From: Octopus sinensis
Lineage: Eukaryota
DNA: 64,000 nucleotides
Direction: 5' to 3'
Assembly (NCBI RefSeq): GCF_006345805.1
Contig: NC_043006.1
Location: 14,012,001-14,076,000, forward strand
The first letter of the stretch is position 1, and every line of letters starts with the position of its first letter. The notes beneath the pieces are model-generated. The model was not told the origin of the DNA and did no database searches. It was given only the letters and a program-made list of their open reading frames with translations. A program made the translations under genes and the position numbers. Of this stretch, positions 1 through 11,617 are shown one piece after another.

Positions 1-37
<37 letters not shown>

Positions 38-59
38 ATATATATACATATATACATAT

Positions 60-92
<33 letters not shown>

Positions 93-149
93 CAATGTCT
101 GATTAATAAATATCCAGACTGCTGCCATAGTAACAACGCTATAGCACGC

Positions 150-199
150 TATAGCATCACTTCTGAATTCGATCGGAATCGATCGGAAACATATAATTG

Positions 200-272
<73 letters not shown>

Positions 273-323
273 AGTACTCAATTATATGTTTCCGATCGAT
301 TCCGATCGAATTCAGAAGTGATG

Positions 324-328
<5 letters not shown>
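150..328. repeat. Perfect 56-bp inverted repeat around a (TA)n spacer
   Basis: 150-205 is the exact reverse complement of 273-328. Confidence 0.9.
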
Positions 329-403
<75 letters not shown>

Positions 404-512
404 CAATATTAAGGAATGGCCTTGATAGACCATTCGACCCACTAGAAAGAGCAGCTAAACTCAAACCGCTAAATAGTTGTAATTCAGAAAATAAAAACAT
501 TTGCCCTTATCA

Positions 513-610
513 TCTTTGGACTATGCATAGTTTCGACATACATATTGGCAAACCGATCTAATTAAATTAAATTAAATCTATTTGCCACTGGCCTGTCTCG
601 TCAGCAAAGA
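513..610 (-). ncRNA. Type I hammerhead ribozyme, fully canonical core
   Basis: Minus strand reads UCUUUG-CUGACGA-GACA...UGUC-GAA-ACUAUGCAUAGU-C-CAAAGA. Stem I is 6 bp, stem II has an inner UGGCAAA/UUUGCCA helix, stem III is a 12-nt palindrome, and the cleavage triplet is GUC (cut between 519 and 518). Confidence 0.85.
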
Positions 611-766
611 AGCCAGGGGAATATATATCCACGAGGCGACAGCATCGACGCCTCGAGAATATATATTCTAAATTTTCAAAATCTACCGTCACCGCGCCAA
701 CTTCTCAGCAGCAAATATATATATACACAATGTCTGATCAATGTCTGTTGCCATAGTAACAACGTT

Positions 767-1559
767 ATAGCACACAGAGCGAAGTGCTTGGCACAGACTG
801 ACCTTGAACTCTGCTGTGCAAGTGCACTAAGTTTTAACGTTCTAGCTCACTTCCGCTGTTGTTTGTAGCAGTGCTTGGAAGGAACGTGTGTAGCGTGTGA
901 TCTTCGCTTTGACCATGACAGAGAAAGTTGTCATTGTGATACCTCCTCAGATGCCAACGCAAAGTTGCAGAAAGTGTATGGAGACGTGTGTATGAGCCGC
1001 ACACAAGTGTACGAGTGGTTCAGATGTTTCCTAGAAAGCCGAAAAAATGTCGATATTGATGAACCTTCTGGGAAACCCGTAACCAGCAGAACTGAGAAAA
1101 ACATTGCAGATGTGCGTGCAGCTTTGTGAGGAAATTGTCGATTCGTCATCCATGAGTTATCAGAGGATGTGCAGATTAAGTACAGTTCAGTTCAGTCCGT
1201 TATCACTGAAGATTTGAGAATGTGGTGCGTGTCTGCCAAGTTTGTGCCAAAACTGCTTTCAGCTGACCAAAAGGACACTCGGGTTTCAATTCCACAAGAT
1301 CTCCTTGATTGTGTTGAGATCGATGAAAACTTTACGTAGGTCTCTGGGCAGGTATCATCAAGGTTTTAGCAAAATTTGATGCAGATTTTCTGCTCAACTT
1401 TTATCTATCATGATCAATGTGACGATCACACGCTACACACGTTCCTTCCAAGTACTGCTGTAAACAGCGGAAGTGAGCTAGAACGTTAAACTTAGTACGC
1501 ATGCACAGCAGAGTTCAAGGTCAATCTGTACCAAACGGCTTCACTCTGCGTGCTTTAGT
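767..1559 (+). mobile_element. Mariner-derived fold-back element with N-terminal transposase remnant
   Basis: KLQKVYGDVCMSRTQVYEWFRCF..DEPSGKPVTS...SAKFVPKLLSADQK is mariner HTH-like. It is flanked by inverted arms of about 140 bp (767-910 and 1416-1559). Confidence 0.85.
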
Positions 1560-1783
1560 TTCGTTATTATGGCAACTGTCTGGATATTTATTGATCAGAC
1601 CATGTATATACATACGACGGGTTTCCACAAAATTTTCGTCTCGCAAATTGCACAGTGTATTGGTCAAAACGTAAATATTTTACCCCTACACAATATTCTT
1701 TGCATACTGCTTCTCTTCTCAGTTAGAAATTTGAGTAACAAATGCCAAACACAAATGGTTTTTCGTTTTCATGATCCATATAT

Positions 1784-1789
1784 TTTATT
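1784..1789 (-). promoter_or_regulatory. Candidate polyadenylation signal of the Ctr gene
   Basis: AATAAA on the minus strand about 200 nt after the stop codon. The region is AT-rich, so a chance match is possible. Confidence 0.3.
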
Positions 1790-1991
1790 AAAAATTTAAC
1801 TTAAAATATTGAACATATATTCCAATACTGAAAAGAAGTAATCGGAACAAAAATAAATTTTTGTGAAAATTTTAGTGACAAATACTTCAGGTTTTGTATG
1901 AAAAATATTTAAGAACCAAAGGTTTTTCAGTTTTATCAGTGAATGTCTTAAATGTAATATGCACAGACAAAAATGCAATGTATATTTCGTC

Positions 1992-2283
1992 TTAAAATGG
2001 TGTTTCTGTTTGTTTTGTATCGACGAAATTTTTCGTATTTTCTTCTGTAGCTGAATACTTTTTCAATGTGATCATTCTTCGCTTCAAAAAAAAGCATTTG
2101 ATCCAAGGTCGAACAATGAAGAAACCGATGGCTGAGCCACTTATAACAGCTAGGAAAATCCATATATTTCCTGTCATCACACTCAGCATGAGATAATAAG
2201 AGAGTATTATTTGGCAAACATAAGCAAGAGTGCAAGAAAATTTACACGATATCGGTATGCTGTCCGGACCGCAAATATTCTTC
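1992..2283 (-). CDS. SLC31A-like (Ctr): Terminal coding exon of an SLC31/Ctr-family copper transporter (TM2, TM3, C-tail)
   Basis: Translation KNICGPDSIPISCKFSCTLAYVCQIILSYYLMLSVMTGNIWIFLAVISGSAIGFFIVRPWIK...TPF* has the Ctr TM2 MxxxM (MLSVM) and TM3 GxxxG (GSAIG) motifs. Polypyrimidine acceptor ttttgtttttcag at 2284-2296, phase 2; stop TAA at 1994-1992. Confidence 0.85.
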
Positions 2284-3143
2284 CTGAAAAACAAAATTGA
2301 ATGATGGGATAAACAGGTGAACTGTAAATAAAATTCTTTTAACTTCATGTAATAGCAATAAAATTTCTCCGACTGACTTAACGAAACAATAATCTCTGCA
2401 TGAATCGAAATGATTTCATTAGATGACGTTATGAGAATCTAATAGAAAAAAAATAAAATATTTAATGCCATGGTCAACTCCGTTACAAATAAATTTAAGC
2501 ACTTCGTTCATAAGAACAAGACCTGTAACAACATGCGCCTTCACTAGTCAGTTAAGGGGAGACAGTGTCACGTGACAACTTGCTGGGGCTGCCAGCTGGA
2601 GCCTAGTGGCAGGTATTTAAAGGGAAAAATTCAGTCAGAAAAAAAGTCAGTCTGTCACCGGCTGACACTCGCTGACGATACATCGAAGAGGCCAGGGAAC
2701 AGAAGAAAGAAGAAGAAAGAAGACATGCACCCAACACCAAAGCTGAAGACACCTCCGAAAGGGGCGGGGGGCGCCACGTCTAATCGGTAGAGGAGTAGGG
2801 GCCGAAACCGGACGTGGTTCCTCCTATGTGCCTTATTCATGCATATACTTTTATTCTTGGTTCAGTCATTGGACTGCCATCATATTGGGTTACTGTCTTG
2901 AAGGGTTTAATCGATCAAATTGACCCGAGTATTCACATTTTAAACTCTATCGGTAAGCTAAGGGAGCGTAAACAAACCAACACCAGTTGCCAAGCGGCGG
3001 GGGGGAACAAATTTCAAGCCAAGAACGCACGCGCGCGCACACACACATACACCTGTGTATGGCGCGCGCACGTTCTTGTGTGTGTGTGTGTTTGTGTGTA
3101 TTCAAGACTACTTTTAAGATTTTGCTCGAAGAACATAAATATA

Positions 3144-3551
3144 GGCGCAGGAGTGGCTTTGTGGTAAGTAGCTTGTTTACCAACCACATGGTTCCGGGTT
3201 CAGTCCCACTTCGTGGCACCTTGGGCAAGTGTCTTCTACTATAGACTCGGGCCGACCAAAGCCTTGTGAGTGGATTTGGTTGACGGAAACTGAAAGAAGC
3301 CCGTCGTATATATGTATATATATGTGTACATGTATGTATGTGTGTCTGTGTTTGTCCCCCTAGCATTGCTTGACAACCGATGCTGGTGTGTTTATGTCTC
3401 CATTACTTAGCGGTTCGGCAAAAGAGACCGATAGAATAAGTACTGGGCTTACAAAAGAATAAGTCCCGGGGTCGAGTTGCTCGATTTAAGGCGGTGCTCC
3501 AGCATGGCCGCAGTCAAATAACTGAAGCAAGTAAAAGAGAGTAAAAGAGAG
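3144..3551 (+). mobile_element. tRNA-like SINE family A (full length)
   Basis: Head ggcgcaggagtggc.gtgtggtaag..ggttcagtccc with box A/B-like motifs, central (TA/TG)n and a taaaagag tail. Other copies at about 6007-6200, 10085-10230, 19668-19742(-), 22885-23310(-), 38596-38765 and 2850-3010(-). Confidence 0.9.
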
Positions 3552-4007
3552 TATATTCTCTCTGCATTTCTGGTGGTTATATGATCAAATGTGTTACTTA
3601 CATAAGTTCCTTATTACCATTTAGCAAGAACGGGATTGGTAATGAATAAAATGAATATTTCAGCTCGATTTCTATAAACCATGGGAATTAGCCAGCAAAA
3701 CAAATCAAGACTGTAATCTTATTTCTTTCATCGTATTAAGCTTATTTCTTTAATCATATTTCATTTACGTTTGGGATTAAACCTACACTTAAACCTACTA
3801 GTCTGTTACAGACTTCTTAGAACACTAATTCCTCACTATAAGCTATATGGAAGTAACCAAATTGTTTCACAATACAAATACTCTTTGTGTACGATAATTT
3901 CTTATCTGCTAAATATTTTATAGAAATTGTCATCAGTTTAAGCTTCGACACCTGAAATTCTTACAAAAAATAGCAAAACTTTGACAGCAATAGACTCTCT
4001 CTCTCTC

Positions 4008-4043
<36 letters not shown>

Positions 4044-4209
4044 TCCTTCTTTCTTTCTCTTTCTCTCCTGCTCCATCTTTCCATTTTATTCTCATTTCTT
4101 GTCTCATTTGTTTTTATTCCCTTTTAAATTTTCTTTTGCTTTTCTCTCTTCTTACTCTTTCTTATTCTGTTTCCCACCCTTCTTTCTTTATCTCTTTCCC
4201 TCTCTCTCA

Positions 4210-4250
<41 letters not shown>

Positions 4251-4752
4251 CCTCTCTCTCTCTCTCTCTCTCTCATTCTTTCTTTCTTTCAAATCCCAAA
4301 ATTTATGTGTGAGTAAGTCTATTCTCCATACATAAAGAAATATTTTTCATCCAATTACAGCACCCGAAGATGTTTTTCTTTCTTCTTATATTTAAACTTA
4401 GTCATATATGAAAAAAAAAAACGAACATGGTTAAAAGAGGTCTTGAATGGCCAGCCTATGAGCCTATGAGCCTATGACCTATGAGCCTATGAGCCGTAGC
4501 GAATACAAATATGGCGCTTGCTAGATTTACTGGTAACTATTCTCATTTGTGGCAAATACGTAAACCTTTGATTTCAGATCCCTTAATGACGTATCTTCCC
4601 ACTCACTTCCCAACATCAATAATTACTTCTCATATCAAGGATAAATCCACATTTCACTAACGAGATCTTTTTTGTACTTATTTCATCTAATCACAGACTA
4701 TATCCACGTGAAACTTTAACATTTTACATTTGTTAGTCAATGAGACGAACCA

Positions 4753-5400
4753 CGGCAACGAGCTGGCAGAATCGTTAGCACGCCGGGCAAAATGCTTTGC
4801 GGCATTTCGTCTGCCGTTACGTTCTGAGTTCAAATTCCGCCGAGGTCGACTTTGCCTTTTATCCTTTCGGGGTCGATAAATTAAGTACCAGTTATGTACT
4901 GGGTACGATATAATCGACTTAATCCGTTAGTCTGTCCTTGTTTGTCCTCTCTGTATTTAGCCCTTTGTGGGTCGTAAAGAAATAGGTATTTCGTCTGCAG
5001 CTACGTTCTGAGTTCAAATTCCGCCGAGGTCGACTTTGCCTTTCATCATTTCGGGGTCGATAAATTAAGTACCAGTTACGCACTGGGGTTGTTGTAATCG
5101 ACTTAATCCCTTTGTCTATCCTTGTTTGTCCCCTCTATGTTTAGCCTCTTGTGGTCAGTAAAGAAATAAGAATCGTTAGCACAGCGGGAAAATTTTTACC
5201 TGTCTTTACGTTCAGTGTTCAAACTCCACCGAGGTCAACTTTTATTCTTTCGGAGTCTTAAGTAAGTACCAGTTAAGTACTGGGGTCGATGTAATCGACT
5301 TACCCCTTCCCCTAAAACTGCAGGCTTTGTACCAACATTTGGAACCAATGTCAATAAGAACCGCTAACAAAGTTACCAGGAATAAGGACTGCTTATATTT
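4753..5400 (+). mobile_element. Tandem cluster of SINE family B copies
   Basis: ggc.gagctggcagaatcgttagcacgccgggc..gagttcaaattccgccgaggtcgac repeated three times, partly truncated. Other copies at 21884-22075, 32669-32880, 33227-33560, 34690-35090(-) and 59580-59800(-). Confidence 0.85.
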
Positions 5401-6297
5401 GAAAGGGGAGCACAAGAGAGTAAATTGAGCCAACAAGTTTGTTCTACCTGCTAGAAATAGCAGTAGTTATTCCTCATACAGAACTCAACCTACAGTTTTA
5501 TATAAGAACAGGATAAACGGTGTAGTCCTACGTAATCCTAAAATGGTTGGAATATTTTCATTATAAACCTGATCGGTTATGGTTAAGCTGAGACTAAACA
5601 ACCAATATGTTTGACTAAACGCAATCTAGAAATATCTATATTTAATAATGATGATTTATTTTGTCTGATCACAATTTCCAACTAAACAACGAATTCTCAA
5701 ATTTTCACTAACATAAATTCTCACTTTTTTATCACGAACAAAGGCAAGATAATGCTATTATCTGTTTCCCATTTTCTATTGTAAACTTTAACATTTTCCC
5801 TGTCATATTAATAAATTCATATGAAAGGTATGATATAATAAGTTGCTTTTAGTGTGAAATTATAAGTATTGAAGTTATCCGAGTTATATACGCTCTATTA
5901 CGCTGCGACAAAACAATAGGATTACCTTCGACGTCTTAATAAATCACTAATACGCAAACAGCGGTTTGTTTCAATACGTACTGCATTACAAAACATATTT
6001 GTAGACAGGGGCCGTGGTTGTGTGATTAGAAATTTGCTTTCCACCCACATGATTCCGGGTTCGGTCACACACGAGGCGCCTTGGGCAAGTGTCTTCTACT
6101 GTAGACCCGAGATGACCAAAATCTTGTGAGTGAATTTGATAGACGGAAAATGAAATAAGCCCGTCATATGTGTGTTTGTGTGCGTCTCTGTATCTGTGTG
6201 TCTTATGTATGTATGCATGCATGTATATACATATACGTATATATATATATACATATATGTATCACATATATATATATATATACATATATACATATAC

Positions 6298-6351
<54 letters not shown>

Positions 6352-6889
6352 TATATATATCTATATATATTTGTATGTGTGTGTGTGTGTTGTGTGTGTG
6401 TGTGTGTATGCATGCATATATATTTATATTCATTTATATATATATATATATATAAATAAATACGCGGCGGTGCATCAGGAAGGAAAAAGGAAGGAAAACC
6501 TTAATTCCTTAAAAATAATTCTTAACAAGACATCACAACATACACACCCATTAACACAGCTGGTCAGATTCCAAACATATTGAAAGGACATTCAACACCT
6601 TACACACACACACACATACACACACACACACACATAAAGCCAGACATAAAAGCCATTCAATAAATGCTCTTAAGTCATTCCCTCGGCAGGAACAAACAGA
6701 GATTATTTGTTTTTAGACAATAGACAACTACAACTCTCTCTTTCTCTCTAATGCTTTGAACTCTATAGCAAATTATTTATAAACAAGCTTATATTTAAAG
6801 AAGACTTTACGGAAAAACCTCATATGTTCTAACCACCAAATAGAAGATAGATATAAACTGACAAGATGGAATTCGTCATCAAAACTGGA

Positions 6890-7250
6890 TGGAAGCACTC
6901 CGTCGGCTACGACGACGAGGGTTCCGGTTGATCCGAATCAACGGAACAGCCTGCTCGTGAAATTGTAACGTGTAAGTGGCTGAGCACTCCACAGACACGT
7001 GAACCCTTAACGTAGTTCTCGGGGATATTCAGCGTGACACAGAGAGTGACAAGGCCGGCCCCTTGAAATACAGGTACAACAGAAACAGGAAGTAAGAGCG
7101 AGAGAAAGTTGTGGTGAAAGAGTACAGCAGGGATCACCACCATCCCCTGCCGGAGCCTCGTAAACACTCACAACGCCCGGTCTGGGAATCGAGACCGCGA
7201 TCCTATGACCGCGAGTCCGCTGCCCTAACCACTGGGCCATTGCGCCTCCA
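6890..7250 (-). mobile_element. tRNA-like SINE family C
   Basis: Head tggaggcgcaatggcccagtggttag..ggtttcgattccc; tail gtcgtaaccgacggagtgcttcca; TSD tcaaaactgg. Confidence 0.9.
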
Positions 7251-7366
7251 CGTCAAAACTGGTAATATCTTATATATATATAAAAAAAAAATTTAATCAT
7301 TTTCTTAATTTTTTTCTAAATTGAATTTACTTCTGTGCTGTTCACACCTCCATCTGAGATACATAC

Positions 7367-7511
<145 letters not shown>

Positions 7512-7596
7512 ATTCACAAAACAAAAACAAAAGACGAAGACAGGTCGTGTAGACAACAAACAGATATATTAGTATAACGCTAGGGAAGTGAAAAAG

Positions 7597-7634
7597 TCTT
7601 TAACGTTTCGAGCCTACGCTCTTCGACAAAAGGG
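7597..7634 (-). ncRNA. Degenerate minimal hammerhead (paralog of 62105-62142)
   Basis: UUGUCGA-A-GAGC-GUAG-GCUC-GAA-ACGU-U-AAAGA. C3 and A6 are non-consensus and stem I is weakened. Confidence 0.4.
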
Positions 7635-7699
7635 GACACAGAAAGAAACAAGGAGAGAAAATAAAGAATGTATAGTGGCTAGCGATCTATCATGGCGAA

Positions 7700-7742
<43 letters not shown>

Positions 7743-7999
7743 TGTGTCTGTGTGTGTGTGCGTGTGTGTGTACGAGAGGTGTTGAGAATTTGCTGGCTTA
7801 AAGAATATAGCGAAAGGCCTCATTGGGGGCCCAACCTATCGTTTTTTTTTTGTTTTTTTTTTCCCCAGAGCTTAGAAAAGTTCAGGTATCGCTGCTATAT
7901 GTGTGTGAATCTGAGAGAGGAATATGTTGAATAAAATCCTGCTGTATTTTCTTTTACTGAAAGCCAGGAACGTTTCAGCAGCCTTCGTGTGTGTTGTGC

Positions 8000-8039
<40 letters not shown>

Positions 8040-8686
8040 GTGTGCGTGTGTGTGCGTGCGTGTGTGTGTGTGTGTGTGTGTAGGTATGTATGTCTATACA
8101 AATATGCTTTTTTTTCTCTTTGAGTTTAAATTAAGTTCTCAAAAGAGTTCTAACCAATCGCTAACAAAGCGATAAGACTTATCTGCTATTTGTAAATATG
8201 TGGTTGGGTTAGTGTGATAGTTGGACTGTCGATGCATACACCAACGTGAGTGCGTCTATTCACATAAGAATCTCAGATGGAGAATTTTTTGAATTTCTAA
8301 CAAATTTTCACTGTGCCACTAGTAGATTAGAGTTGAAGAATCCGTATCAGTTTCTTTTGCTCTTTCTTCGTGAAACCCAGTATTTCTATGGTTTGTGAAA
8401 TGTTTTGTTACATCATCTAAATCTTCTATGATGATAGGTACAAATGGCAATCTGCAAATTCCATATTAATTCACCGTAAAAGCTCTCTTCTTCCTGGGCT
8501 TGTTATTTTACATTCACATCTGCTGGGCAGCTGACCTGACCTCTACAACAGAATATGATTTTTGTTCCCTGGCCCACGAAACATTATCAGGTCTGAATTG
8601 TTGTTTTTACAGAAGTGGAACACTTCTGTAAAAAGTATTCCTTATATTTTAAATGTGTGAATACCTTATATTTTATTCCTTATATG

Positions 8687-9069
8687 TGGAGGCGCAATGG
8701 CCCAGTGGTTAGGGCAGCGGACTCGCGGTCATAGGATCGCGGCTTCGATTCCCAGACCGGGCGTTGTGAGTGTTTATTGAGCGAAAACACCTAAAGCTCC
8801 ACGAGGCTCCGGCAGGGGATGGTGGTGATCCCTGCTGTACTCTTTCACCACAACTTTCTCTCACTCTTACTTCCTGTTTCTGTTGTACCTGTATTTCAAA
8901 GGGCCGCCTTGTCACTCTCTGTGTCACGCTGAATATCCCCGAGAACTACGTTAAGGGTACACGTGTCTGTGGAGTGCTCAGCCACTTACACGTTAATTTC
9001 ACAAGCAGGCTGTTCCGTTGATTCGGATCAACCGGAACCCTCGTCGTCGTAACCGACGGAGTGCTTCCA
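8687..9069 (+). mobile_element. SINE family C
   Basis: Full length; TSD attccttatat; (TCCA)n tail. Confidence 0.9.
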
Positions 9070-9345
9070 TCCATCCATCCATTCCTTATATTTCTTATAT
9101 AAGGAATATAGATAGCAACGAGATTTAAACAGTAACTGCACGACAATGTAAGGTATACTAGCCATCTCAATATGGCTAATCACTAAGGGTGGGTGTTACT
9201 GTAGCTTGTAGCCCCAGGAGATCATCGTCTCCAGCTGGCTTTAGGCACACTTTCTGTGCGCTTATGGTATTTGCAAAGGGAGGTCATCCCTCCCTCGTCA
9301 ACCTAAGTGATACGCACGGACTGCAGTTTCTAGGAATATATATAA

Positions 9346-9842
9346 CTAGCAGTATCGCCCGACGTTGCTCGGGTTTGTAAGGGAAATAACTATATAAGCA
9401 TTTTTAGAGAGTTACTTCCCTTATAGATGCCAATTCGGGCTTTCTTAGCCATTTCTGTTTTGGTGTCTTCAAGCCATGAAGTCGTTGTTCTAAAAGAACG
9501 CTGGTCTCCTTGACAACGCTTTACGACGTTGATTTCCACAGCTTCACGAGGGAGGGAAGAAGGGGGAGAAGCAAACAGGTGCAGGTGTGACCATGGACGC
9601 CAACTCCGCCGCCATCGACACACGAAAAATTATGCATTAAAATGGAATAAAAAATTATGTTAAATTATTTTTTAAATCGTAGACTCATCGTAGACGCGCG
9701 CTAATAGCCAGACGGGCTCGATATTAATCACGACTATAAGATACCCGAATTTGGTTAAACTGCACCGCAAAATGTGGGAGTAGTTAGGAATCTAAATCGA
9801 AGGGGACAGACACTCACACAACTACAGTTTTATATATATAGA
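9346..9842 (-). mobile_element. Non-autonomous Helitron
   Basis: The minus strand begins A|TC and ends CTAG|T, with a cccga/tcggg hairpin (9358-9373) just before the 3' end. A paralog lies at 36654-37051. Confidence 0.85.
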
Positions 9843-10406
9843 TATTCCTTATATTCTAAAGGTGTAAATGTCATTCCTTATATTCACACCTTATTCCTTA
9901 TGTTTTATCATATAAAATATAATTTGTTTTATATAAATTATATTTATATAATTCCTTATGAATATAAGGAATTTATATTCATATTCCTTATATTTTAAAG
10001 GTGTGAATACCTGCTGGTTTTAACATGCCGTTGATGTGTGCGTTAGGGCAGTCCTTCCTGCGGATACCATTGTAAATAGTCTTTGTATGTATGTGTGTGT
10101 GTGTATGTGTGTGTGCATGTGTGTGTGGTGTTTTTATGTTTGTCTCCCACCATCGCTTTGACAACCGATGTCAGTTTGTTTATGTCCCCGTAAGGTAGAA
10201 GTTCAGCAAATGAGACAGAATAAGTACTAAGTTTAATGTCATCACAGTATCATCTAACGATGAGACGTGAAGCTGTAGCCAGGACACTGTTTAATGAGAT
10301 CCGTCGGAAGGATAACTCGGAAGGTACAGGTCGTAGCCACTCATAAAATAAAAAAAGGACTGGTGGATTGTTCCAGTGAAACCCTCGATAAAATGTAAAC
10401 ATAATA

Positions 10407-10809
10407 GGCGCAGCAGTGGCTGTGTGGTAAGTAGCTTGCTAACCAACCACATGGTTCCAGGTTCAGTCCCACTGCGTGGCATCTTGGGCAAGTGTCTTCT
10501 GCTATAGCCTCGGGCCGACCAAAGCCTTGTGAGTGGATTTGGTAGACGGAAACTGAAAAGAAGCCTGTCGTATATATGTATATATATATAAGTGTGTGTG
10601 TGTATGTTTGTGTGTCTGTGTTTGTCCCCCTAGCATTGCTTGACAACCGATGTTGGTGTGTTTACGTCCCCGTCACTTAGCGGTTCGGCAAAAGAGACCG
10701 ATAGAATAAGTACTGGGCTTACAAAGAATAAGTCCCGGGGTCGATTTGCTCGACTAAAGGCGGTGTTCCAGCATGGCCGCAGTCGAATGACTGAAACAAG
10801 TAAAAGAGT
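10407..10809 (+). mobile_element. SINE family A
   Basis: High identity to 3144-3551. Confidence 0.9.
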
Positions 10810-11617
10810 ATAATAGACCTGACGTAGTGATTGAGACAGAGAAGAGAAACTATGTACTGTAGTAGAAATCAGCCGCCTGGCGGATGTTAACGTAAAGCTA
10901 AAAAACATAGCGAAAAAGAAAATGCCTACGCTGAACTATTGAGTAAATTTACAGTTACTCTGCCCAGATTACAAGATTAAGCTTATATAATTAGGCTTCT
11001 CAAAACCAGAAAGGAGAAAGCTGATTCGAAGACTGCAGATCCAAGACGTGACTTTAAAAGTTTGTTAAAAACTTTCCGAAAATTTACCATTTAGGAAACT
11101 ATGCGCATTTCTAGACATGCAAATATATGCATGAGAATACATACATAAAGCAAATCCTGCAAATACTGCGCATATACACAAATACATGCAAAGATGCCCT
11201 GTTATGATGAAATTCTAATAAAGGAGCCTTGAATCTAGATTAGAAACCGGCTCCTTCTCTTTGACAAGAAATCTTGAAATAAAACTGAATAATGGCTGGC
11301 ACACACACATACATACATACATACATGCATACACGCACATGCATGCATACATACATACATACATACATACATACATACATACATACATACATACATACAT
11401 ACATACATACATTTATGCATACCATTCTTGACAGCCAATGAATTTTATATTAAACTATCGCTTAAATGTCAGATTGTCACATATCGATTTACTTTAAAAG
11501 TCATGAATAGAGAATACATCCTTATTCTGAAGAAAAAAAACATGCAAACCCGAAGAAAATGTATCGAATTGAAATATATAAAGTTATTGATAATTTATAT
11601 ACAACAAATTCTGAGCA

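Noticed and set aside
746-762. GTTGCCATAGTAAC matches the RFX X-box consensus (related copy near 121-134)
   Set aside because: It lies in a short duplicated repeat 3' of the gene with no promoter context.
2494-2547. VVTGLVLMNEVLKF on the minus strand looked like Ctr TM1
   Set aside because: No phase-compatible donor, stops on both sides, and a much better TM1 exon exists at 22107-22212.
2565-2850. LTR-like segment (TGTCACG start, TATA-like box) with CUGACGA, CUGAAGA and GAAAC words
   Set aside because: No consistent stem I or stem II could be built, and no TSD or matching end was found.
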